From NCBI GenBank assembly GCA_963772835.1, contig CAVYYZ010000008.1, forward strand, positions 96,001 to 160,000: 64,000 nt of DNA. The letters run 5' to 3'. This stretch comes from an uncultured delta proteobacterium. GTDB taxonomy: Bacteria > Desulfobacterota > Desulfuromonadia > Geobacterales > Pseudopelobacteraceae. The translations under genes were made by a program, and so were the position numbers. Below, piece by piece: positions 54,975 to 62,576 of the stretch; the stretch's first letter is position 1; each line of letters opens with the position of its first letter. Below the pieces are notes generated by a model. It saw nothing but the letters and a program-made list of their open reading frames with translations, did not search any database and had not been told where the DNA came from.

Positions 54975-56468
54975 ATGAAGTACATTCTCGCGCTTGATCA
55001 GGGTACCACGAGTTCCAGGGCTATTATCTTCAGCCATGCCGCCGAAATCAGGTCGGTGGTCCGGAAGGAATTTCGACAGATATATCCCTTTCCTGGCTGG
55101 GTAGAGCAGGATGGGCTCGAAATATGGTCCTCCCAATTGGAGGCGGCGACCGAGGTCATAAAACAGGCCGGCCTGACTGCTGCTGATATTGCCGCAATCG
55201 GAATCACCAATCAGCGGGAAACGACACTGGTCTGGGAGCGGCAGAGCGGCCGGCCGGTTCATAACGCGATAGTCTGGCAGGACCGGCGCACTGCCCCCAC
55301 CTGCGAACGACTTACATCTGACGGAATGGAGGAGCTCTTTCGTGAGAAGACCGGCCTGCTTCTCGATCCGTACTTTTCAGGCACCAAGCTGGCCTGGATT
55401 CTCGATAATGTGCCTGCCGCCCGCGAGAGGGCAGAGAAGGGAGAACTCCTGTTCGGGACGGTTGATTCCTGGCTGCTCTGGAACCTGACCGGCGGCGGTC
55501 GCCATCGGACCGACGTGAGCAATGCATCACGGACTCTCCTGTTCAACATCCATACCGGTGCATGGGATGAGGAACTCCTCGGAATACTCGGGATCCCGGC
55601 CGCCATGCTGCCGGAAGTATCCGCCTCATGTGCGGAGTTCGGCGAAACCGCCTCCGACCTGTTCTCCCGGCCGATCCCGGTGACAGGAATGGCAGGGGAC
55701 CAGCAGGCTGCCCTTTTCGGCCAGGGATGCATGCGCCCCGGCATGGTCAAAAACACCTATGGCACCGGCTGTTTCATGTTAATGCATACCGGAGAAACGC
55801 CCGTCGTTTCCCGTAACCGGCTGCTGACAACCGTGACATGTCAGGTCGGCGACCGGACCAATTACGCGCTTGAGGGGAGTGTGTTCATGGCCGGAGCGGC
55901 GGTCCAGTGGCTCCGCGACGGGCTCGGAATCATCGGTTCATCCGCTGAGGTTGAATCGCTGGCGGCATCGGTCCCGGACTCCGGCGGTGTGTACCTGGTG
56001 CCCGCTTTTACCGGGCTCGGCGCGCCACACTGGGATCCGTACGCACGCGGCACCATTACCGGCATTTCCCGCGGCACCACCGCTGCCCATATCGCCCGGG
56101 CGACGCTGGAAAGCATAGCTTTTCAGACAGTGGACCTTGTGCGGGCAATGGAAGACGATTCCGGAATAATCCTGCCTGAACTGAGGGTCGATGGCGGAGC
56201 TTCGGTCAACAACCTTCTGATGCAGATTCAGGCGGATCTGCTCGGTGTGCCGGTGGTCCGTTCCCGTGTAAGTGAAACGACCGCTCTCGGAGCCGCTTTT
56301 TTGGCGGGGCTGACAATCGGATACTGGAGAGACAGCGGGGAGATCGACACATCACGGCAGCAGGACCGGCTATTTGTTCCGGATATGGAGCGTGGATACA
56401 TCGAGGGTCTGCAGCATGGATGGGAAAGAGCCTTGCAGCGTGCGAAAGGATGGGCCGCCCCGGCGTGA
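54975..56468 (+). CDS. glpK: Glycerol kinase
   Basis: [41 protein letters not shown]. Confidence 0.97.
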   Translation: MKYILALDQGTTSSRAIIFSHAAEIRSVVRKEFRQIYPFPGWVEQDGLEIWSSQLEAATEVIKQAGLTAADIAAIGITNQRETTLVWERQSGRPVHNAIVWQDRRTAPTCERLTSDGMEELFREKTGLLLDPYFSGTKLAWILDNVPAARERAEKGELLFGTVDSWLLWNLTGGGRHRTDVSNASRTLLFNIHTGAWDEELLGILGIPAAMLPEVSASCAEFGETASDLFSRPIPVTGMAGDQQAALFGQGCMRPGMVKNTYGTGCFMLMHTGETPVVSRNRLLTTVTCQVGDRTNYALEGSVFMAGAAVQWLRDGLGIIGSSAEVESLAASVPDSGGVYLVPAFTGLGAPHWDPYARGTITGISRGTTAAHIARATLESIAFQTVDLVRAMEDDSGIILPELRVDGGASVNNLLMQIQADLLGVPVVRSRVSETTALGAAFLAGLTIGYWRDSGEIDTSRQQDRLFVPDMERGYIEGLQHGWERALQRAKGWAAPA

Positions 56469-56570
56469 GGTGTGGGTATTCCCGGGAGCATGATTGACAA
56501 TAGGTAAATTGAATAATTGCAGTAATGCTTCTGCCATCGGCTAAATGCTTGGTGCCAGGTAACGGGAGGC

Positions 56571-56795
56571 TCAGTTCCTTGCCATCCGGTGCTGCAGGCC
56601 GTTTTCAGCACGGTAGCTGCCGTAGCCATTTGGTGAAATAAACCCGGCACGCCTCTGCTTTTTCGTTGACGGTATTATTGCCGTCATGACGGTGCATTCG
56701 GAAATTGCCCGTGCAGCCTTCATGAATATTGATTCAAACTCCACCCACAAGCCAAACGCAACAATTACTGTTCCGCATAGGGTAATCGGTTCCAT
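56571..56795 (-). CDS. Small hypothetical membrane protein
   Basis: AGGAG RBS, one hydrophobic N-terminal segment. Confidence 0.45.
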   Translation of the reverse strand: MEPITLCGTVIVAFGLWVEFESIFMKAARAISECTVMTAIIPSTKKQRRAGFISPNGYGSYRAENGLQHRMARN

Positions 56796-56824
56796 ATTTC
56801 ACTCTCCTGTTTTTATTGTTCATA

Positions 56825-56899
56825 ACTGCTTCGATGTGCGGATTAAAACCTGTAGCGGGCGTCAGCAGGCCATTTCACCGGCCTTTGCCAGGTCACCAA
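56825..56899 (-). ncRNA. Possible degenerate c-di-GMP-I (GEMM-I)-like riboswitch
   Basis: Minus strand reads GGCAAA-stem/GAAA-GACGC..GCTACAGG-TTTTAA..ATCGAAGC-AGTTA in a 5' UTR; several consensus positions are missing. Confidence 0.25.
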
Positions 56900-56903
56900 T
56901 TTT

Positions 56904-57530
56904 TTACAACCGGCGGTAAATGCCGATCACCTTGCCGACGATGCTCACCTCGCCATCTTCCGGACGGATGATTATTGGCCCCATGTCAGGGTTTGCCGGC
57001 TGAAGACGAATGTGATCCTGCTCCCGGTAAAACCATTTGAGGGTCACCTCACCGTCAATCATGGCAACTACCGTATCTTTATTGTCGGCAGTCGGTTGCG
57101 GTCGAATCAAAGCAAGGTCGCCGTCGAAGATGCCTGCATTGATCATTGACTCTCCGCTGACCCGTAGGAAAAAACAGTCGTTGCCCTTCACGGCCATCGG
57201 ATCAACCGAGAAATATCCCTGAATATCCTCAATAGCCGGGGCGAGGTGACCGGCGCGGACGGTGCCGACGATCGGCAGAGAAAGCGAAGTACTGACAGGT
57301 GTCTTCAGTGTTATTCCGCGGTTGACATGATCCCGCCTGATGTACCCTTTACGTTCCAGCGCGCCGAGATGTTTCATGACCGGAAGTGTTCCCGAAACAT
57401 TCAGGTGGCCTGCAATTTCCCTTTGGCTGGGCGGATAACCGTTGTCACCCATGTATGAGGTGATGAACTCCAACACCTGTTTCTGGCGTAGAGTGAGTTC
57501 GATATTGGTTTGCGGTCCATAGGTAGTCAT
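56904..57530 (-). CDS. lexA: LexA repressor
   Basis: LT.RQ..VL.FI, GYPPS.REI, L..LERKGYI; Ala-Gly cleavage site (VRAG), GESM Ser and TLK Lys. Confidence 0.95.
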   Translation of the reverse strand: MTTYGPQTNIELTLRQKQVLEFITSYMGDNGYPPSQREIAGHLNVSGTLPVMKHLGALERKGYIRRDHVNRGITLKTPVSTSLSLPIVGTVRAGHLAPAIEDIQGYFSVDPMAVKGNDCFFLRVSGESMINAGIFDGDLALIRPQPTADNKDTVVAMIDGEVTLKWFYREQDHIRLQPANPDMGPIIIRPEDGEVSIVGKVIGIYRRL

Positions 57531-57566
57531 ACGACTACCTATACGGAAGTTTTGAGCGCATGTCAA
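57521..57566 (-). promoter_or_regulatory. lexA promoter with overlapping LexA operator
   Basis: TTGACA(57566-61)-N17-TATAGG(57543-38); palindrome AGGTAGTC-N4-GACTACCT (57521-40) is one mismatch from the Geobacter box GGTT-N2-C-N4-G-N3-ACC. Confidence 0.8.
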
Positions 57567-57853
57567 TAATAACAATCGGTTTGGGTGATGACTACAGGGC
57601 AGTCACCAGAAACTTAAACAAAGAAGCCGATGCCAGATCAAACAATCGTCACGAATATAGTGAAAAGAGGGTTAAGGGTATTAGGCGGGGTATAGATAAA
57701 GCCAAAGTTGACCTGTTGCGTGAGTATCTTGATGCCACCAAGATTGTGGTCGTGTATACGCTAGGAGGGCAAGAGGATTGATTGGATGGCGTGAAATAAT
57801 TGATAGTAGATGCTATGCAAGATTTATCATCTGCGTCAAAAGCTGCGTCAACG

Positions 57854-57895
57854 AAAAACGGCTACAAACAGTTAATTCTGTAAGTAGCCGTTTTT
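57854..57895 (-). terminator. Terminator downstream of the tRNA 3' fragment
   Basis: 12-bp perfect inverted repeat AAAAACGGCTAC/GTAGCCGTTTTT. Confidence 0.75.
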
Positions 57896-57906
57896 ATTGT
57901 AATAAG

Positions 57907-57929
57907 TGGTGCCAGGGACGATATCGAAC
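57907..57929 (-). other. Degenerate tRNA(Phe-like) 3' fragment, putative att site
   Basis: Minus strand GTTCGATATCGTCCCTGGCACCA gives a T-loop, acceptor 3' strand and CCA, with no tRNA 5' half. Confidence 0.7.
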
Positions 57930-57981
57930 TGATTGTGTAACTATCTGTTTAGTAAGGTTAATGTGTTGAGGTGCTGGGTGC

Positions 57982-58001
57982 AATACCTCTAAAAATACCT
58001 C
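57982..58001. repeat. Direct repeat AATACCTC x2 (candidate integrase arm-binding sites)
   Basis: AATACCTC-TAAA-AATACCTC about 50 bp inside the att fragment. Confidence 0.5.
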
Positions 58002-58129
58002 AATAATATATTATGACCGTCAATTTGGACGAATTTTGGGTCGTGTCTAGCCATCTCCGAATTATTGAAAAAGCTTGGAATAGATTGATCGTTCCGCAGA
58101 TGCTTTCAATGTTCTCTTCTTATGCCGAT

Positions 58130-59455
58130 TTACCAAATATTGCAACTATAACCGGTTGCATCTGATGCAGCATTTCTTTCCCCCGGTGTTTCCCATGATG
58201 CGAGCCAGCTCAGAGCATCCGTAGTATCAATTATTGTCCGCGCCAGTGCCAATCGTTCCAGAACAACAGCTTTCTGGTCTGCTTCCAGATTGGCAGCCCG
58301 GCGCTCGACGTCGGTAAAGAAATCCTCGATTCGCTTTGCCTTCGCCCATGCCTTGATGATTTCAGCCAGCTCTTCCCGGCTATCCTTGATTGCCTTGATT
58401 CGTCGGCGTTCCGCCGCTTCCCGTGCCTGCGCACGCCGCTCCTCCTCCCGTCGCAGCCTCTCGATCTCTGCCTGGCGCTCTCCTTCTTCAAAACGCTTGA
58501 CGATGTTTACTGCCTCAGCCTCCACCTCCTTCACCAGATCTGCAAGCTTCCGCGGGAAATCGCCTGCTTTTGACTCGCGCCACTGCTGCATCCATGCGAC
58601 TCTGTGATAGGGAGAATAAATCTGCACGCACAATCGTCCGCTCGGCAGGTCATGCATACTCCTCCATGAGTAGGATTCATAGCGTCTCGACTTTTTTACG
58701 GGAAGTTCCGAGACACGGGTGTACTTTCCATCCTGGTACTCCACCTCGACATTCTCGCTCATTTCGTAGATTGTCACGCCAAAGGCAACTGTACCAATAA
58801 AGGCGGCAGTGGGCCGTGCCGGGCTCCAGAGATCTGTAGTGTAATACCGCTCTTTCCGACGCCCCCCCTTTTCGCGTTCATCTATTGCTTGGCGTTGCAT
58901 TCCTTGTCCATACGGCACAAAGATGACGGAATGGCCGCGTTTTTCAAAGGCCAGGTACAACATGTTCGCTACCTCGATTGCGCGATTGAGGGTTTCTTTT
59001 GAAACGATAATATCTGGCAGCAGGTATTTCCTGGGCTTAAGAAAGCCCTCGCGTGATTCTCCAACCCCGGACATCTGTTCCTTAAATTCTTCGAGCAACG
59101 GGTGCTGTTTTGGCAGCCCTCTGCTCCGGCGTTTGGTGACGCTATCGTCTTGAGGCGCCTGAGGAGGAGGCAACTGTGCAATCCTGGCATAACCGCTGCG
59201 CGCCCATTCCAATTCATCTCCAGGACAGGCATCCGGCAAAGGTTGACGCTTGGGGCGTTTTCCGGTCGCATACATGGCCCAGTAGCCTCTTGGGGGACGA
59301 GGAACCTTCAGTCGAGTGCAGATACGAGCCATGAAACTCGATGAGACCTCGTACTTCAGGGCAACGGTGGTCATCGGCTCTGCCCACACTTCTTCATACA
59401 ACTGTTCCCGGCTGACTCTGGTCTCCTTGTTGATGGTAGCTGTATTTTCTCCCAT
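58130..59455 (-). CDS. Hypothetical protein with HTH-like N-terminus and coiled-coil C-terminus
   Basis: SREQLYEEVW.EP...A..Y.VS...L.VP.PPRGYWA N-terminus; long E/R/A-rich helix; 441-aa ORF with RBS. Confidence 0.75.
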   Translation of the reverse strand: MGENTATINKETRVSREQLYEEVWAEPMTTVALKYEVSSSFMARICTRLKVPRPPRGYWAMYATGKRPKRQPLPDACPGDELEWARSGYARIAQLPPPQAPQDDSVTKRRSRGLPKQHPLLEEFKEQMSGVGESREGFLKPRKYLLPDIIVSKETLNRAIEVANMLYLAFEKRGHSVIFVPYGQGMQRQAIDEREKGGRRKERYYTTDLWSPARPTAAFIGTVAFGVTIYEMSENVEVEYQDGKYTRVSELPVKKSRRYESYSWRSMHDLPSGRLCVQIYSPYHRVAWMQQWRESKAGDFPRKLADLVKEVEAEAVNIVKRFEEGERQAEIERLRREEERRAQAREAAERRRIKAIKDSREELAEIIKAWAKAKRIEDFFTDVERRAANLEADQKAVVLERLALARTIIDTTDALSWLASWETPGERNAASDATGYSCNIW

Positions 59456-59681
59456 TGAAGTGCCTCTCCAATTTGATATTGTGCATCATCAGGTGTTCCG
59501 GACAGAAGTAATATTGCAATGACATATATAGCATGTCAATCAGGCAGCTTACAGCACAGTGCTAATGCTCAGGAAGTTCAGAAATAACGGATTGAGGAAC
59601 TGATTTACCTGCCGGCACAGGTGCAACATTGATCGCATGTGGCGTGCCTTTTATGTGAATATGAACTATTTTAAATATGGC

Positions 59682-59710
59682 TTGCCTGTTCCAAATACAT
59701 GGTATATATT
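59682..59710 (+). promoter_or_regulatory. Putative sigma70 promoter of the island operon
   Basis: TTGCCT-N17-TATATT, overlapped by an imperfect inverted repeat (GTTCCAAA...TTTGAAAC). Confidence 0.45.
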
Positions 59711-59747
59711 TTTGAAACCCAACACTTTGGAATGAAAAGCGGTTGCC

Positions 59748-60383
59748 ATGAATCTCACAGCACAACAAAGACTTCTTGATCTATTCGGCAGGCAAAGCGT
59801 GGTACGCTCTCTGGATCTTGAACAGTATGAAATTCCCCGGGTAGAGATCAGCCGCCTGTGCAAGCGGGGTGTGGTTGAGCGCGTCGGGCGCGGGCTCTAT
59901 CGACTGACAGATGCACAGGTAACAGAGCATCAAACTCTGGCCGAGGTTTGCAAAGCAATCCCTAACGGAGTGGTCTGCCTCCTTTCCGCACTTCGCTTTC
60001 ATGATCTGACAACACAATCGCCATTCGAGGTCTGGATGACGATTGACGTCAAAGCCCATCTCCCCAGAACCAGCCTGCCAATAAAATTCGTCAGATTCTC
60101 AGGACCAGCTCTCAGTGATGGTGTAGAAATCCACAGGATTGACGGTGTGGACATAAAAGTTTACTGTCTTGCAAAGACCGTGGCCGATTGCTTCAAATAC
60201 CGTCACAAAATCGGACTGGATGTTGCCCTGGAAGCACTTCGCGAAGGAATTGAAAGCGGCCGTTGCGTAATCGATGACATCTGGCGTTACGCGAAGGTAT
60301 GTAGAGTAAGTAATGTGATGAGACCCTATATGGAAGTAATGGCTATGTCACAATTTCGAGGAACGAATACCGCAACGCCGTAA
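59748..60383 (+). CDS. AbiEi-family (type IV TA) antitoxin / transcriptional regulator
   Basis: RL..RG..ERVGRGLY wHTH, CLLSAL.FH.LTTQ.P, KTVADCFKYR.KIG.DVALEAL. Confidence 0.85.
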   Translation: MNLTAQQRLLDLFGRQSVVRSLDLEQYEIPRVEISRLCKRGVVERVGRGLYRLTDAQVTEHQTLAEVCKAIPNGVVCLLSALRFHDLTTQSPFEVWMTIDVKAHLPRTSLPIKFVRFSGPALSDGVEIHRIDGVDIKVYCLAKTVADCFKYRHKIGLDVALEALREGIESGRCVIDDIWRYAKVCRVSNVMRPYMEVMAMSQFRGTNTATP

Positions 60384-60440
60384 GTTACCAATAGCAAAAG
60401 TTGGTTGCAAAACGTTCTCAATTGGATTACAAACGCACTC

Positions 60441-61067
60441 ATGGAGAGAACAGCGATAAGTAAAGAACAGAGAAAGTCGACAGGTCTTGCTGAAACCCTT
60501 TTCAGCGATTACCGGCGACGCATATTGGCCCTTTTGCTGTTGCGTTCCGACGAGGATTTCCATGTTCGGGAGATATCCCGTCTGACCGGTGTACCGGCCG
60601 GATCGCTGCACCGTGAGCTCAAACTCCTTACTGATGCTGGACTGCTTTCACGGCAGGCTATGGGGAACCAGGTCCGCTACCATGCCGAACGGGACTGCCC
60701 CATTTTTCATGAACTGGCCGGCATCTTCCGCAAAACGAGCGGTCTGGCGGATGTCATCCGTTTAGCCCTGCAGCCGTTGTCCCCGGGCATCACGGCAGCG
60801 TTCATTTTCGGTTCCGTAGCCAAAGGGGAAGAACGGGCGACCAGTGATGTGGATGTCTGTGTCGTCGGGACGACATCCTTCACCGATGTCGTGGTGGCCC
60901 TGGCGAATATGAACCAGAAACTTGGCCGGGAAATCAATCCGGTAGTCATGCCCTGCGAACAGTTCACTGCCAAGCTGGCTGCCGGAGAACAGTTTGCGAC
61001 ACGCATCATGAGCGAACCGAAACTCTTTCTGATAGGTGATGAACATGACCTTGGAAAACCTGCGTAA
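60441..61067 (+). CDS. HTH-fused minimal nucleotidyltransferase (MntA-like antitoxin)
   Basis: wHTH (HVREI.R.TG...GSL.REL..L..AGL) plus IFGS.AKG....SDVDV NTase motif. Confidence 0.85.
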   Translation: MERTAISKEQRKSTGLAETLFSDYRRRILALLLLRSDEDFHVREISRLTGVPAGSLHRELKLLTDAGLLSRQAMGNQVRYHAERDCPIFHELAGIFRKTSGLADVIRLALQPLSPGITAAFIFGSVAKGEERATSDVDVCVVGTTSFTDVVVALANMNQKLGREINPVVMPCEQFTAKLAAGEQFATRIMSEPKLFLIGDEHDLGKPA

Positions 61068-61134
61068 CCTGGAAAAGATCAGGCAACTAAAAAGCCTCGT
61101 GACCGGCCAGGAAAATACCAAGGATATATTATGA
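61045..61134 (+). pseudogene. 29-codon stub resembling the N-terminus of the HEPN-like partner of HTH-MNT genes
   Basis: MTLENLRNLEKIRQLK... overlapping the MNT 3' end; stop overlaps the next ATG (ATGA). Confidence 0.5.
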
Positions 61135-62471
61135 AATATCAGGAAACCGAAACCGTTGAACTAAAGAAATCAACCTCTGAACTTAAGGAGGCGGTGATCT
61201 CCATTGTGGCGATGCTGAACAAACACCAGGGGGGTGAAGTATTGTTCGGCGTTAAGAATGATGGGACGGTTGTCGGCCAGCAGGTTTCAGATAAAACGAT
61301 GAGGGATGTCTCCAAATCGATTTCCGAACATATTGAACCAAAAATCTACCCCGTTGTTGAACAAGTCTCCGTTGACGGTAAACAGTGCATCAAGGTGCAG
61401 GTCGATGGCGGCGAGCATCCTTATTATGCCTATGGACGAGCATATATCCGTGTGGGTGATGAAGATCGGCAATTAAGTGCCAAAGAGCTGGAAAGTATGG
61501 TCCTGACCAAGAACCGTGACCGACTCCGCTGGGATACTGAGGTTTGCGAAAAAGCGACCGTCGATGACATTAGTGCCAGCAAGCTCAAGTCATTCCTGAA
61601 GCTCTGCGGCCTCACCTATGACACAATCCCCAATTCCCTTGATAAACTGAATCTGGCCAAAGACGGCAAGTTGTTGAATGCCGCTGTACTCTGCTTTGCC
61701 CGTAAGCCAGAGAAACTCTTTCCCAATGCCAGGTTACGCTGTGCGGTATTCGGTACGCTGGACACTACCGTTACCATTGATATGAAGGACTTTTACGGAG
61801 ATGCTTTTACTCTGATCAGCAGGGCCGAAGAGTACGTTCTGGAGCATATCAATATCGGCATGCGACTGGACGGGTTGTTGCGGGTAGATGTTCCTGAGAT
61901 TGACCGTGAAGCGATTCGTGAAGCGATTATCAATGCATTCTGTCACCGGGATTACCGTGAGTATGATTCAGTCAATATCGCCATCTTCAAGGATCGTATC
62001 GAGGTAAGAAGCCCTGGCCTTCTGTATGGTGGGCTTACTATCGACAGCATCAGAAAGAAAATGGTATCTGCCCGGCGTAACGAGTTGCTGGCTGAGCTGT
62101 TCCAACGCAGCCACCGCATTGAGAAATGGGGCCGTGGAATCAAGATGATTCTGGAGCGGGAACCTGCCACAGAGTTTGAGGAGATAGGAACCGTACAGTT
62201 TATCGTCACGTTTAAACGGAAAGCCGGTGAATTGAGTACCGGCGTTTTTCAGGGAACCGGTACCCAGAAAAGTTCACAGAAAAGTTCACAGAAAATTCTT
62301 GATATGATAGTCTCCAATCCGCATATCACCATCAGGGAGATGGCAGACGTCCTGAAGATCACGGACCGGGCAATTAAGAAGAATATCGAAAGCCTGAAGA
62401 AGGAAGGCGTACTCAAGCGTGTTGGTCCGGATAAAGGCGGGTCTTGGGAGGTCATAAGCAATCCCGAATGA
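61131..62471 (+). CDS. Schlafen/AlbA_2 + HATPase-like + wHTH protein
   Basis: ETETVELK, AMLN..GG..LFGV.NDG; REAIINAFCHRDY, SPG, RN..LA..F..IEKWGRG; C-terminal HTH ending G..KGG.W. Confidence 0.85.
   Translation: MKYQETETVELKKSTSELKEAVISIVAMLNKHQGGEVLFGVKNDGTVVGQQVSDKTMRDVSKSISEHIEPKIYPVVEQVSVDGKQCIKVQVDGGEHPYYAYGRAYIRVGDEDRQLSAKELESMVLTKNRDRLRWDTEVCEKATVDDISASKLKSFLKLCGLTYDTIPNSLDKLNLAKDGKLLNAAVLCFARKPEKLFPNARLRCAVFGTLDTTVTIDMKDFYGDAFTLISRAEEYVLEHINIGMRLDGLLRVDVPEIDREAIREAIINAFCHRDYREYDSVNIAIFKDRIEVRSPGLLYGGLTIDSIRKKMVSARRNELLAELFQRSHRIEKWGRGIKMILEREPATEFEEIGTVQFIVTFKRKAGELSTGVFQGTGTQKSSQKSSQKILDMIVSNPHITIREMADVLKITDRAIKKNIESLKKEGVLKRVGPDKGGSWEVISNPE
62265..62295 (+). repeat. 12-bp coding tandem repeat (QKSS) in the linker before the HTH
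   Basis: (CAGAAAAGTTCA)x2 + CAGAAAA. Confidence 0.85.
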
Positions 62472-62566
62472 CTGATCACCTCAACAAGGAAATGCGTTCG
62501 TGGAATATGAGCCGGATTCGTAGCAAGGATACGAAGCCGGAAATCGCTCTGCCTACTTTGGCCTGA
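62468..62566 (+). pseudogene. vsr: N-terminal stub of very-short-patch-repair endonuclease
   Basis: MTDHLNKEMRSWNMSRIRSKDTKPE, then a stop after 32 codons; catalytic core absent. Confidence 0.85.
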
Positions 62567-62576
62567 AAGGAATTTT

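Noticed and set aside
56550..56559. TGGTGCCAGG identical to the start of the att fragment at 57907, suggesting a second att flanking lexA
   Set aside because: Only 10 bp, no T-loop similarity or arm repeats; chance cannot be excluded
57560..57969. Short ORFs 57560-57781 and 57778-57969
   Set aside because: No recognisable motifs; they overlap the lexA promoter, terminator and att site
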